From assembly GCA_963800275.1 (NCBI GenBank), contig CAWDAI010000013.1:1448-65447 (forward strand): a DNA stretch of 64,000 nucleotides, written 5' to 3'. This document shows, one piece after another, positions 1-9,067 of this stretch. Within the stretch, counting starts at the first letter, position 1. The number at the start of each line of letters is the position of its first letter. The notes below the pieces were generated by a model, which was not told the DNA's origin, made no database searches, and saw only the letters and a program-made list of their open reading frames with translations. The position numbers were made by a program, and so were the translations under genes. This DNA comes from an uncultured Chloroflexia bacterium (GTDB lineage Bacteria > Chloroflexota > Limnocylindria > Limnocylindrales > CSP1-4).

Positions 1-108
1 GGCTGGGGCATCGGGCGCGGCTTCGGCACGCTCAAGGGCATGAAGATGCACATCGACGTCTGGGCGACCGGTGACGGCATGGACTCCTTCGAGGGCTTCG
101 TCCGCTAG
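1..108 (+). CDS. 3' end of a hypothetical protein (partial)
   Basis: Frame 1 is open from base 1 (GWGIGRGFGTLKGMKMHIDVWATGDGMDSFEGFVR) to TAG at 106-108, with GC3-rich codons. Confidence 0.65.
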   Translation, partial: GWGIGRGFGTLKGMKMHIDVWATGDGMDSFEGFVR

Positions 109-138
109 GTAGCGGCACCCGCAGGGGCTGCCGGGGGC

Positions 139-187
139 TGCCGCCTTGGTAGCCCCCTATCCCGAGCAGTGCCGCCTTGGTAGCCCC
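139..187. repeat. 18-bp direct repeat TGCCGCCTTGGTAGCCCC x2
   Basis: Exact copies at 139-156 and 170-187 (31-nt period). Confidence 0.85.
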
Positions 188-343
188 GATCCGGGCGCTC
201 TGCCGCCCACCGACTCTGCTGTGAGGATCCGGGTTCGGAGGGGCGCCCCTGGCGAACCATCCCACGAAGATCGAAGAGTCCCTCGGTCCCCACACCCCTT
301 AGGGGTAGATGCACCAAACGACGGCTGGGGGAAGCGCAAGCCG

Positions 344-892
344 ATGCAGTTACGCGAGATGGTCGAACGGGCTGGGCGCGGCGACCACGATGCCTTCGAG
401 GCCGTGGTCCGCGCCAGCGCCGGGCGGCTGTACGCCATCGCCTACCGCATCCTGCGTGACGCCGACCTCGCCAACGACGCCCTGCAGGAGGCGCTGGTGA
501 AGGTGTGGGACGACTTGCCTGCGCTGCGCGACCCGGACCGCTTCGACGCCTGGGCGGCGCGCATCATCTGTCGTTGCTGCTACCGGCTGGCCAAGCGCGA
601 GCGGCGGTTCGCACTTCCGGCACCGGCGGATCCCAGGCCGGACACCACTGCCTTCGTGGCCGAGGTCGCCGACCAGGACGAGATGGAGCGCGGCTTCCGC
701 CGCTTGTCACCCGAGCACCGTGCGGTGCTCGTCCTTCACTACTACCTGGGCCTGACCCTGGGTGAGGTCGCCGACACGCTGGACATCCCGCCGGGCACCG
801 TGGGCTCGCGCCTGCACTACGCCATGCGCAGCCTGCGAGCCGCGCTCGAGTCAGAAGCGCGTACGGCCCAGACCTGGGAGCGATCGGCATGA
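344..892 (+). CDS. ECF (sigma-70 family) RNA polymerase sigma factor
   Basis: Region 2 (DHDAFEAVV...LYAIAYRIL...DALQEALVKVW...FDAW) and region 4 (LSPEHRAVLVLHYYLGLT..EVADTLDIPPGTVGSRLHYA). ATG at 344 chosen as start. Confidence 0.93.
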   Translation: MQLREMVERAGRGDHDAFEAVVRASAGRLYAIAYRILRDADLANDALQEALVKVWDDLPALRDPDRFDAWAARIICRCCYRLAKRERRFALPAPADPRPDTTAFVAEVADQDEMERGFRRLSPEHRAVLVLHYYLGLTLGEVADTLDIPPGTVGSRLHYAMRSLRAALESEARTAQTWERSA

Positions 893-1614
893 CGCGCGAG
901 CAGGACCTCGAGCGGCAGCTTGCCGAGTGGCTCGGCGGCGGGCCCAGCACGGCGCCGGCCGATGTCGTCGACGAGGCTCTGAGGCTCACCGCCGGACGAC
1001 CACAGGAGCGGGGCGTTCGGCGCCTGCTGGCGCAACTCGGCCGATGGTTCCAAGTCGCCCGTATCGCCAGGGTGAGCGCGCTCGCCGCTGTGCTCGCAGG
1101 CGTCCTGCTCACCAGCGTGATCGTCACCACGCCCTTCCTCGGCGGGGGCACTGTGCCGTCGCCCACGCCGTCGCCCACGCCGACACTCGGTCCGGCACCC
1201 TCGATGGATGGTCAAGCGGCCCTTGCCGTCGCCGGCACCGCCACGATGGCCGTCGAGTCCGAGTCGCCCATGCAGCAGGTCCGCTCGGTCGTCATCGACA
1301 CTGGCGATCCCCGGGTCGACGGCCGGGCCAGCCAGGATCTGGTGGTCCTCGCCGAGACGGCGAACGCAGCCCAGCTGGACGGAACCATGCGACTGAAGAA
1401 CGACTGGGGTGCCTGGAAGGGACAGATCGACATCGTCCGCTACCGGTCGGGCGAGGAGTACGAATACGCCGCGCTCAGGGGCAGTGACGCCTACGCGGGC
1501 TACACCTTCGAGTACACCGTCCATCAAGCCACCGCTGAAGCGGAGCGGGTGGTGGGGGGAGCCATCTGGCCGGATGAGCCACCTCCACCACCCGACCCGT
1601 CGCTGCTGCCGTGA
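889..1614 (+). CDS. Putative membrane-bound anti-sigma factor
   Basis: ATGA overlap with the sigma gene; short cytoplasmic N-terminus, one TM helix, PSPT linker, extracytoplasmic domain. Confidence 0.7.
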   Translation: MTREQDLERQLAEWLGGGPSTAPADVVDEALRLTAGRPQERGVRRLLAQLGRWFQVARIARVSALAAVLAGVLLTSVIVTTPFLGGGTVPSPTPSPTPTLGPAPSMDGQAALAVAGTATMAVESESPMQQVRSVVIDTGDPRVDGRASQDLVVLAETANAAQLDGTMRLKNDWGAWKGQIDIVRYRSGEEYEYAALRGSDAYAGYTFEYTVHQATAEAERVVGGAIWPDEPPPPPDPSLLP

Positions 1615-1673
1615 GGCTCACGGGCCCGAGACCACGGCAGGTCCATCCAACCCCGAGACAGAGGAGGTACGAC

Positions 1674-2207
1674 ATGCGTACCAACCGAACCACACTTGCC
1701 GCCATGCTGTCGATCGCTCTCGCGGTCTTGCCCGGTGCGGTCGCCGCACAGTCAGCCGGCGAGGAGCTGGAGACTCCGAGCTACTGGACGGGCACCGAAA
1801 GCGCAATGTCGAGCCAGGGGGTCCCCGGCGGCGAGGTCGCGGGCTTCCCGTGGGGCTACCGCACGACGGTCGGGGTCAAGGCGACGAGTGAGGCCGATGA
1901 CCCGCGCGCCTCCGGGGACCTGACCATGGTCTTGTTCTACGACGATGCGGGCGCGTACGACATCGCCCGCGCCACCGGTCTCGTCCGTCTGGCGAACGAG
2001 GGCGGCGCGTTCCAAGGGCCTATCCACGTCTTCTACTACCCCGACGGCTCTGAGTTCCGCATGGCGCTGTTGGAGGGTCAGGAAGGATACGAGGGTCTGA
2101 CCCTTAGCATGACCAACTTCCTCGACCCCTCCGGCGAAGGGCAGCCGCAGGGCCTCATCTGGGAGGGCGAGGTACCGGTCCCCGACGCGGACCTGCTGCC
2201 CGAGTAG
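1674..2207 (+). CDS. Secreted hypothetical protein, paralogous to the anti-sigma extracellular domain
   Basis: SD GAGGAGG before ATG 1674; signal peptide ending AVAAQ; shares motifs with 889-1614. Confidence 0.75.
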   Translation: MRTNRTTLAAMLSIALAVLPGAVAAQSAGEELETPSYWTGTESAMSSQGVPGGEVAGFPWGYRTTVGVKATSEADDPRASGDLTMVLFYDDAGAYDIARATGLVRLANEGGAFQGPIHVFYYPDGSEFRMALLEGQEGYEGLTLSMTNFLDPSGEGQPQGLIWEGEVPVPDADLLPE

Positions 2208-2268
2208 ACACGCTGCTCCTCGCGATCGAGGCGCCTGCGCATCCAGCGGGGGCGCCTCGTAGCGCCCG

Positions 2269-3159
2269 CTACGCGCCCATCGATGACAGCACGAACGCCA
2301 AGTCACGGAGCCACTCGTCGAAGGCGTTGCCCCAGGCTGCCCCAGTCGCGCTCATGTCGGGGTAGGGCAGGGCCGCCGGCTCGAGCATCGGCAGCACGCG
2401 TTCAGTCGCTCGGCGGGTCTCCACCAGCCGAACCGACGGGCTGACGGCTCGAGTCGACGCGTCGGCTCGAGCCGCTGCCCAGACCACCGTCCACCTCGAC
2501 GGCCAATCGATGTCGGGCACACCGTCTGGCTCGAGCAATTCGCGGAGTGGCGATTGCCGATCGAGCCAGACTCGGTTGCGATTGCCTTGCCGACTGGTTC
2601 GTACGATGCCGGCCAGGCTCAGGCCGTCGACCGTCAATGCCGTGTTCCGCTTCGAGTGCCACGAGCGTCGGGCGAGGTCGGCAACGGACACCGGCTTCGG
2701 CGGAGTCGTCAGTAGTGTCGTCAGGACATCGGCCCTGGCGCTGACTCCGAAGCCGGCGCGGATCCTCCACGAGAGGCGAGCAGGGCTGAGCAGGTCCTCG
2801 GCAACTGCCTTTCCCCGAGTTGTCGCGCGCACGCCCTCTTGGGCGAAGGGCCAGCGAGGCCCTCCGGCGGCGTGGACTTCGCCGCCGAACCGGGCGAGCG
2901 CACCCGGATCGACCTCCATCTCCCTCGCGACCCGGCGCAGCCGACCGGTGTTGATGATCGTGCCGTATCGGACGCACCAATCGATTGCGACATCCCGGAC
3001 TCTGGGGTCACCCCCGTCATCGGCAGCGGTAGCTGCGACCAAGGCATCAGGGTCGATTGGTGTCAGGTCGTCGATGCCAGCGAGCTGGGCGCCGAACGCG
3101 ATCCACCCTGCGGCGATCCGCTCTGCGATGGCCGCTTGGAGTCCTGACTTATCGCTCAT
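2269..3159 (-). CDS. Hypothetical protein with internal HTH (putative antitoxin or regulator)
   Basis: ATG 3159 overlaps the end of the upstream gene; HTH-like segment SVADLARRSWHSKRNTALTVDGLSLAGIV. Confidence 0.6.
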   Translation of the reverse strand: MSDKSGLQAAIAERIAAGWIAFGAQLAGIDDLTPIDPDALVAATAADDGGDPRVRDVAIDWCVRYGTIINTGRLRRVAREMEVDPGALARFGGEVHAAGGPRWPFAQEGVRATTRGKAVAEDLLSPARLSWRIRAGFGVSARADVLTTLLTTPPKPVSVADLARRSWHSKRNTALTVDGLSLAGIVRTSRQGNRNRVWLDRQSPLRELLEPDGVPDIDWPSRWTVVWAAARADASTRAVSPSVRLVETRRATERVLPMLEPAALPYPDMSATGAAWGNAFDEWLRDLAFVLSSMGA

Positions 3160-3745
3160 CTCGAGCCTCTTCCGCCAAGAGGCTAACGACTGCCTGAAGC
3201 AGGGCGCCGAACGCAGGTGACGGGTCATGCGTTGTGCACCACGCTGCCGCCGCCTCGGTCTCCTCGGCGGCAGGGCGTAGTGCGAGGAGATCCTGCAGGT
3301 GGCGACCGTGCGTCGGCCATTGATCGGCGGATGCGTAGAGCTTGAAGCAGATCATGTCGAGCCGTCCGGCGAGCCAGACTGTCAGGGCCCCGTAACGCCG
3401 GGGCCTCAAGCGTTCCTCGAAGCCATCAGGCAGGCCGAGATCGATCAGATCGGCCGGCCCGATGTTGAGCCAATCCGCGGCAAGACCGAGCGCCCGCGCG
3501 ACATCTCGTACCGCCTCTGCGAGCGGTCCTGGCAGGGCGCCGAGCTTGACCACCTGACCGTCGTCGAGGCGGATGCCCACGAGGTCCCCATCCTTGGTGG
3601 GGCGCGAGATGATGCCCTGCAGCACGAGGTTCGCCCCTCCCACGAGCACGACCTCATATGGAGATCCGCGGTACTCGAGGATCTCGCCCAGGGCTTGGAG
3701 TGCCGCGTCCAGTCCGGCAGGCTCAAGGCGGTCAGTCATTGGCAT
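3149..3745 (-). CDS. Nucleotidyltransferase (DUF6036/AbiEii-like)
   Basis: VVLVGGANL...RPTKDGD (GG...DxD) motif, plus FKLYAS and RHLQDL near the C-terminus. Confidence 0.75.
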   Translation of the reverse strand: MPMTDRLEPAGLDAALQALGEILEYRGSPYEVVLVGGANLVLQGIISRPTKDGDLVGIRLDDGQVVKLGALPGPLAEAVRDVARALGLAADWLNIGPADLIDLGLPDGFEERLRPRRYGALTVWLAGRLDMICFKLYASADQWPTHGRHLQDLLALRPAAEETEAAAAWCTTHDPSPAFGALLQAVVSLLAEEARDER

Positions 3746-3751
3746 GCCCTT

Positions 3752-3780
3752 ATCGTGGCGAGTGCAATCGAGAAAGTCAA
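3752..3780 (-). promoter_or_regulatory. Sigma70-type promoter for a leaderless transcript
   Basis: Minus strand TTGACT-17 nt-CACGAT-6 nt-ATG(3745), with no SD. Confidence 0.6.
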
Positions 3781-4022
3781 CAGCGCACTAAAAGAAGTTG
3801 AAGTTCTCGAGTCGGGTAGTTCACCTGCCCGCTATTCGGAGGAGCGGACCCGGGAGGCCGAACGAGCAAATGGCCAAGCGCCCGCACCGGCTCGCGTCGC
3901 TGATAGCCCACTGACAGGCGGCACTCGCCTCCAGCGGGGGCGCCTGCTGCTATTCGGGGCTCCGCATCGGCTGCCGATCGTCCAGCAGCACCCGCCTGCT
4001 CCACCTGATAGTGTCCCGGCCC

Positions 4023-5216
4023 ATGAGCGAAGGCAGGCGCTGGGTCGTTCCGATGCGCGGGCGCGCGGCGGACGAACCGCATCGGGCCTCCACCCCGCTG
4101 GAGCTGTTCTTCGACCTGGTCATCGTGGTGGCCGTGGCCGCTGCCGCAGCATCGTTGCACCACGGCATCTCGGAGGGTCACGCCCCCGGATCCATCCTCG
4201 GCTACATCCTCACCTTCTTCGCCATCTGGTGGGCGTGGATGAGCTTCACCTGGTTCGCGGCGGGCTACGACACCGATGACGTGGCCTATCGCATCGCCGT
4301 CTTCGTCCAGATGGCGGGAGCCATCATCATCGCGGCCGGCATCGAGCGTGCCTTCGTGGAGGGCGACTGGTCGCTCGTGCTGGTCGGCTACATCGTCATG
4401 CGCGTGGCCCTGGTCTTCCAGTGGTTGCGCGCCGCTCGCGATGACCCGCCGCATCGACGGCAGGACATCCGCTGGGCCACCGGCACCGCGGTCATGCAGG
4501 TGCTGTGGGTCGCCGCCTTCCTCGTCGTCCCGGCTGAGCTCTTCACGGTCGCCTTCCTGCTGCTCGTGATCGGCGAGCTCGCGGTCCCGATCCTCGCGAC
4601 GCGTGATCGACCGACTCGCTGGCACTCGGAGCACATCGCCGAGCGATACGGACTGCTCACCATCATCGTGCTCGGCGAATCGGTGCTCGCGGGCACAGTC
4701 GCCTTCGGTTCGGTGGCGGATGACGCCTTCTCCGACCCAGAGCTGCTGTTCCTCGCGCTGGGCGCCCTGCTGCTCGTGTTCGCCATGTGGTGGCTCTACT
4801 TCGAACGCTCCAGCGATGACCTGCTGACATCGCGCACACGGGCCTTCGAGTGGGGCTACGGCCACTACGCCATCTGGATCTCAGCGGCGGCGGTGGGCGC
4901 CGGCATCGCCGTGGGCGTCGATGTGCTCACCGACCACGCGCACATCGACATGCAGGTCGCCGGCGCCGCGGTCGCCGTGCCCGTGGCCATCTACCTGCTG
5001 AGCATCTGGGCCCTGCACGACATACCACGTCCCATGTCGAGGTCGCGCATGGCCCTCACTCCGATCGCGGCCATCCTCGTCCTGGCGACACCGCTCACTC
5101 CGCAGCCCATCTTCCTGACCGGTGCGCTCGTGGTCGGCCTCCTGGCCCTCAGGATCCTGACCACGCCCCAGACTCCGCCCCAGACCATGACTCCGCCCGC
5201 AGCAGAGGCCGACTAG
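4023..5216 (+). CDS. ltrA: Low temperature requirement protein A family membrane protein
   Basis: STPLELFFDLV, IWWAW and HIAERYGLLTIIVLGE motifs; many TM helices. Confidence 0.9.
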   Translation: MSEGRRWVVPMRGRAADEPHRASTPLELFFDLVIVVAVAAAAASLHHGISEGHAPGSILGYILTFFAIWWAWMSFTWFAAGYDTDDVAYRIAVFVQMAGAIIIAAGIERAFVEGDWSLVLVGYIVMRVALVFQWLRAARDDPPHRRQDIRWATGTAVMQVLWVAAFLVVPAELFTVAFLLLVIGELAVPILATRDRPTRWHSEHIAERYGLLTIIVLGESVLAGTVAFGSVADDAFSDPELLFLALGALLLVFAMWWLYFERSSDDLLTSRTRAFEWGYGHYAIWISAAAVGAGIAVGVDVLTDHAHIDMQVAGAAVAVPVAIYLLSIWALHDIPRPMSRSRMALTPIAAILVLATPLTPQPIFLTGALVVGLLALRILTTPQTPPQTMTPPAAEAD

Positions 5217-5875
5217 GCCAGGCCCCAGAAGGGCCCGGAGAGGCCGACCGAGCGGAAGTAGTCGAGCGCCTCAACCGGCTCGCGTCGCTCGTAGCCCTCG
5301 TCGAGGCGGCCCTCGTACCAGTGCGCCGCAAGGCGCCAGAGTGTGGCCAGGTCCATGACGTAGCCGGGCCCGACCCGGCTCGACTCGGCCCAGCGCTGGA
5401 CGCACGCGACGCTGCAGAAGAGGCGCTGGTTGTTGCAGGTGTGGACCACGTCGTCCCAGCACTGGGCCATGGGCACGAGGAAGTGGGCGACCTCGTCGCC
5501 GACCGGTGGCGCCTCGCGATTGACGACCCACGCGAGCGGCTTGCCGCAGCCTGGGCACTGGGTCGCGACGAGCACCTCCGGGTCGGCGGGGCAGAGCTGC
5601 GGGATGGTGAAGCTGTCCCAGGCGCAACCGCCCCACCAGAGGGTGTCGCGGCCCATCACGCTGAAGCCGAACGGCACGCTCGCGAAGGGGTGGGCCATCA
5701 CGATCCGGCCGTCGCGCAGGACGATGTGCCGGGCTTCGTGCAACGCCTGCATTGAGTCGCGCACCGCGTCGGCGCTCAGGGCCAGCTCGATCGCCATCTC
5801 TTCGGCGCTGGGCGGCCGCCCGTCGTTGACATATCCGCGATAGACCGCGAGGCGGACGGCTTCGTCATGGTTCAT
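5213..5875 (-). CDS. Alkylmercury lyase (MerB) family protein
   Basis: N-terminal HTH, MAHPFAS, WGGCAWD, CPGCG and HTCNNQRLF; SD GGAGGAG before ATG 5875. Confidence 0.8.
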   Translation of the reverse strand: MNHDEAVRLAVYRGYVNDGRPPSAEEMAIELALSADAVRDSMQALHEARHIVLRDGRIVMAHPFASVPFGFSVMGRDTLWWGGCAWDSFTIPQLCPADPEVLVATQCPGCGKPLAWVVNREAPPVGDEVAHFLVPMAQCWDDVVHTCNNQRLFCSVACVQRWAESSRVGPGYVMDLATLWRLAAHWYEGRLDEGYERREPVEALDYFRSVGLSGPFWGLA

Positions 5876-5939
5876 CGGCGGCTCCTCCGGCTGGCTGGCG
5901 GAGCCGATGCTAGCGCAGGCCGTGGTGCTGGCCGCTGGA

Positions 5940-6314
5940 CTACGCGAGGTCGAGCACGAACGCGAGCGCTCGATCCAGTGCCATGAGTCTGTTGCCGGGG
6001 AGCACGCCGACTCGCTCCTCGAGCTCTCCGGCCGGGAATGTGAAGATCTGGTCGGCGTGGATGAAACCACCCCACGACAGGCCGATATCGCGCGCGCTGA
6101 CCTCTACGAGGTACTCCGGCTTCAACGCTGCGCTCGCCGCATTCGACGTGATGGGCACTGCCAGCGTCGTCGAGGAGCGGCTCATCATGCTCGTCTGGAC
6201 GACGACGGCCCAATGCGGACCCGACAGCACGTTGCCACCGATGTCGCGGAAGTGGAGCTTGTAGATCTCGCCACGCCTTGGACCCGAGGGGACGGGACGG
6301 TTGCCGATACTCAC
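5940..6314 (-). CDS. Type II toxin, PemK/MazF family
   Basis: RRGEIY...GPHWAVVVQ...VPITS...ADQIFT...LDRALAFVLDL. Confidence 0.88.
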   Translation of the reverse strand: MSIGNRPVPSGPRRGEIYKLHFRDIGGNVLSGPHWAVVVQTSMMSRSSTTLAVPITSNAASAALKPEYLVEVSARDIGLSWGGFIHADQIFTFPAGELEERVGVLPGNRLMALDRALAFVLDLA

Positions 6315-6565
6315 TCGTTGTCCCGGGCGATGACCCTCGACATCGCGCCACCGGAGGCGCGGGCGAAGGCAGCATTGGCCTCGGCGTCCAGGGCCAGCGC
6401 CGCATCGAGGCGAGCCTGCCGCTCGGCAAGCATGTCGCGACGGATGGACTCCGCGATGGCCGCGCTCATCGTCATCTGCTGTTCCTCCCGTCGACGGGAC
6501 ACGAACTCCATGAGATCTCGCGGCAGGCTGATGTGGAGCTTGGCGGCTCTGGTGTCAGCGGTCAC
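6311..6565 (-). CDS. Ribbon-helix-helix antitoxin
   Basis: KLHISLPRDL...SAAIAESIR; GTGA overlap with the toxin. Confidence 0.8.
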   Translation of the reverse strand: MTADTRAAKLHISLPRDLMEFVSRRREEQQMTMSAAIAESIRRDMLAERQARLDAALALDAEANAAFARASGGAMSRVIARDNE

Positions 6566-6593
6566 GGTGCTTCTCCGATGCGGGCGTCACAAC

Positions 6594-6651
6594 GGTAGCC
6601 CCGAGTGGGCTACCAGATAGTGCTACCAGTGGTTAACCCGCATGGTAGCAC
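6594..6651. promoter_or_regulatory. Tandem palindromic operators upstream of the TA operon
   Basis: GGTAGCCC-N5-GGGCTACC (6594-6614) and GTGCTACCA-N14-TGGTAGCAC (6620-6651). Confidence 0.6.
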
Positions 6652-6679
6652 CACCTGGAGGCGAGCGGCACCGACGTCG

Positions 6680-7336
6680 CTAGTGTGCGAAGCCCGCTCT
6701 CCGCAGGGCGGGGGGCACGCCGATCGCCCGGCTCAGGTGCCCATCGACCAGGGCCAAGGGCGGCAGGTCGAGCGCGTTCATGTCCAGCGCTGCGAACTCG
6801 TCGAGCAGCCAGTGGGCGAACTTGCGCTCCACGTCGAGTGGCAGGCACACGACCAGGTCTCGCATCGGCGCCAGCACCAGCCCATCGCGCCGGCCCAGCA
6901 CGCGCACCAGCGCATCCGGCAGCAGCAGCAGGGAAGAGGCCCAGCCCTCCCGCGACTGGAAGGCGACCGTGGGCACCTCCGCGATCTGCTCGCAGATGAG
7001 GGCGAACTGCTTGCGCGCGGCGACCCGACCGCGGAGGTTCGCGAGGGCGCGGTCGAAGGCGGTCCCCGCCGAGATGCCCCAACCAGAGAGCTGCTCGTGT
7101 GTCACGAAGAGCATGGCCGGGCCGATGTCCAGCCCGAGCACGCAGCTGATACCGGGTCCGAGCTGGCGCTGCGGGAGCGCCGCAGTATCCGCCGGCAATG
7201 GACGACGGCGGGGGAGGGCCAGGCGCAGGTTCTGTGCGGCCTCCTCCCACGGTGCTGCGAGATCGACGGCCTCGATAGCCGTGATGATCTCATCGACGGA
7301 GGCGGTGGTGACCAGGGGTTCTTGTGGCGTCGTCAT
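6680..7336 (-). CDS. Hypothetical protein (DUF1444/YtpQ-like)
   Basis: LFVTHEQLSGWGI...ALANL, GWASSLLL and APMRDLVV pattern. Confidence 0.55.
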   Translation of the reverse strand: MTTPQEPLVTTASVDEIITAIEAVDLAAPWEEAAQNLRLALPRRRPLPADTAALPQRQLGPGISCVLGLDIGPAMLFVTHEQLSGWGISAGTAFDRALANLRGRVAARKQFALICEQIAEVPTVAFQSREGWASSLLLLPDALVRVLGRRDGLVLAPMRDLVVCLPLDVERKFAHWLLDEFAALDMNALDLPPLALVDGHLSRAIGVPPALRRAGFAH

Positions 7337-7436
7337 GCCCGTACCTTGGCCGCCGATCCTTGCCGCCGGCTCTCCAGGTGGTTACCACGGCGTTGTCATC
7401 CAGCAGGTCGATGTGGATGGGCCGTAGGCTGGGTGA

Positions 7437-8594
7437 GTGACCTCTACCACCGCGCCGGCCACCGAGGTTCGACGCGCTTATCTCGACCAGGCCGCGGTCA
7501 GCTACAGCTTCTACGTGGTTGGTGCCTCGACCGCGTTCATCGCACTGGCGCTGTCACTGACGCAGACGCAGGCGGGGATGCACTCGTCGGCCATGGCCAT
7601 CGGCATGATCGCGACCGGCCTCACCGGGGAGCGGCTCGACCGGCGGTTCGGTGTGCGGCGCATCTACCGCAGCGCCATCGCCCTGCTGGCTGCCTCGCTC
7701 GTACTGCTGGCGTTGGCCCCGGCGCTGGCCGTGACCCTGGCGGCTTCACTGGGCGTCGGCCTCGGTGCAGGCACGATGTTCGGGCACGTCAACCAGACGC
7801 TCGGCGCCGGGGGCGGGGCGGTGGTACGCGTCCAGCTGACGCGCGGGGCCTTCGTGGCCAAGGCGTCGCAGCTGATGGCGCCGGTGGCCATCGCGGCGGG
7901 TGCGATCGTCGGCCTCGACTGGGAGTTCGTGGTGGTGCCGGTGCTCGTGTTCCTCGCGGTGCTCTTGGCCTGGTCACGGGGGCGTGCTGCGGGCTCCACC
8001 GCGCACACCTCCCTGGGTTCCCTGCCGCGGGCCTACTGGCTGCCCTGGATCCTGACGGTGCTGGTCATCGCGCTCGAGTTCTTCGTGGTCGTCTGGGGCA
8101 GCACGCTCGTGGCCTCGCGGACGGGCGTCTCGCTGGCCGATGCCACGCTCACCATCTCGGCCTTCATCGCGGGCATGATCGCGGGGCGGGCGGTGATGTC
8201 GGTCGGGGCGGCGGGACGGCTCGATCCGGTGTGGGTCATCCGCGGCGGCCTGCTGCTGACCTTCGCCGCGGTGCTGGTCTTGTGGGTCTCCGGCTCGTGG
8301 TGGCTGAGCGTGGCGGCGATGGCGGTGTCCGGCTTCGGCGTGGGCATCCTCTATCCACCGGCGGCCTCGATCACGTTGGCGGCGGCTCCGGGTGCGCCGG
8401 GCGCGGGATCGGCCCGACTGGTGCTGGCGGCGGGGCTGGCCATCCTGGTGGCGCCACTGCTCCTGGGTGTGGTGGCCGACGTGACCGACATCGACTCGGC
8501 CTGGCTACTGGTACCGGGCGTGTGCGTACTGGTGGCGTTGCTCTCGGTGCCGGTGGACCGTAGGCGGGTCAGCCGCGAGCAGCGAGCGTCGTAG
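7437..8594 (+). CDS. MFS transporter
   Basis: About 12 hydrophobic segments; GERLDRRFGVRR motif A. Confidence 0.85.
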   Translation: MTSTTAPATEVRRAYLDQAAVSYSFYVVGASTAFIALALSLTQTQAGMHSSAMAIGMIATGLTGERLDRRFGVRRIYRSAIALLAASLVLLALAPALAVTLAASLGVGLGAGTMFGHVNQTLGAGGGAVVRVQLTRGAFVAKASQLMAPVAIAAGAIVGLDWEFVVVPVLVFLAVLLAWSRGRAAGSTAHTSLGSLPRAYWLPWILTVLVIALEFFVVVWGSTLVASRTGVSLADATLTISAFIAGMIAGRAVMSVGAAGRLDPVWVIRGGLLLTFAAVLVLWVSGSWWLSVAAMAVSGFGVGILYPPAASITLAAAPGAPGAGSARLVLAAGLAILVAPLLLGVVADVTDIDSAWLLVPGVCVLVALLSVPVDRRRVSREQRAS

Positions 8595-9006
8595 AGACCT
8601 CTGCGACCACGCCGTCGAGTCTGTCCCGGATATCGCATTCCCAGATCTCATAGACGGTCCAATCGGCCGACTCCAGCTCTCGACGCTTGCGCGCGTCACG
8701 CTCCCGGTTGAGCTCGAACTTGCGAGCCCAGAACTCCGGGTTCGACTTGGGTAGAACCAGATGGCACCTGGGGCAGTGGTGCCAGTAGCAGCCGTGCACG
8801 AAGACCGCGACCTTGCGACCCGGGTACGAGATGTCCGGCCGACCGGGCGCTCGCTTCCAGTTCAGCCGATAGCCGGGATAGCCAGCGTCACGCAGAGCTG
8901 ACCGGAGACGGCGCTCGGGCTGCGTGTCCTTTGCCCGGTTGGCCTTCATCACCGTCCGTACGGCTGGTGTAGATGGGGGTGGATTGGGGAGTTGTAGCCG
9001 CGCCAT
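8569..9006 (-). CDS. vsr: Very short patch repair endonuclease
   Basis: KDTQPE, GRPDI, VFVHGCYWH, FWARKFELNRERD and IWECD motifs. Confidence 0.95.
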   Translation of the reverse strand: MARLQLPNPPPSTPAVRTVMKANRAKDTQPERRLRSALRDAGYPGYRLNWKRAPGRPDISYPGRKVAVFVHGCYWHHCPRCHLVLPKSNPEFWARKFELNRERDARKRRELESADWTVYEIWECDIRDRLDGVVAEVSTTLAARG

Positions 9007-9067
9007 CTGGCTCAGTATGAGGTTGGTCAAAGACCTACGCTAAGTCACCAACCAGGGAGGGTCGGTC

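Noticed and set aside
5213-5875. Mercury resistance operon
   Set aside because: Only a MerB-like gene is present; no merA, merR or transporters.
6605-8563. Long alternative ORFs (6605-8563, 21423-23216, 29313-31079, 38678-40441, 42011-43504, 58815-60464)
   Set aside because: Antisense or off-frame shadows of motif-bearing genes, as expected in high-GC DNA.
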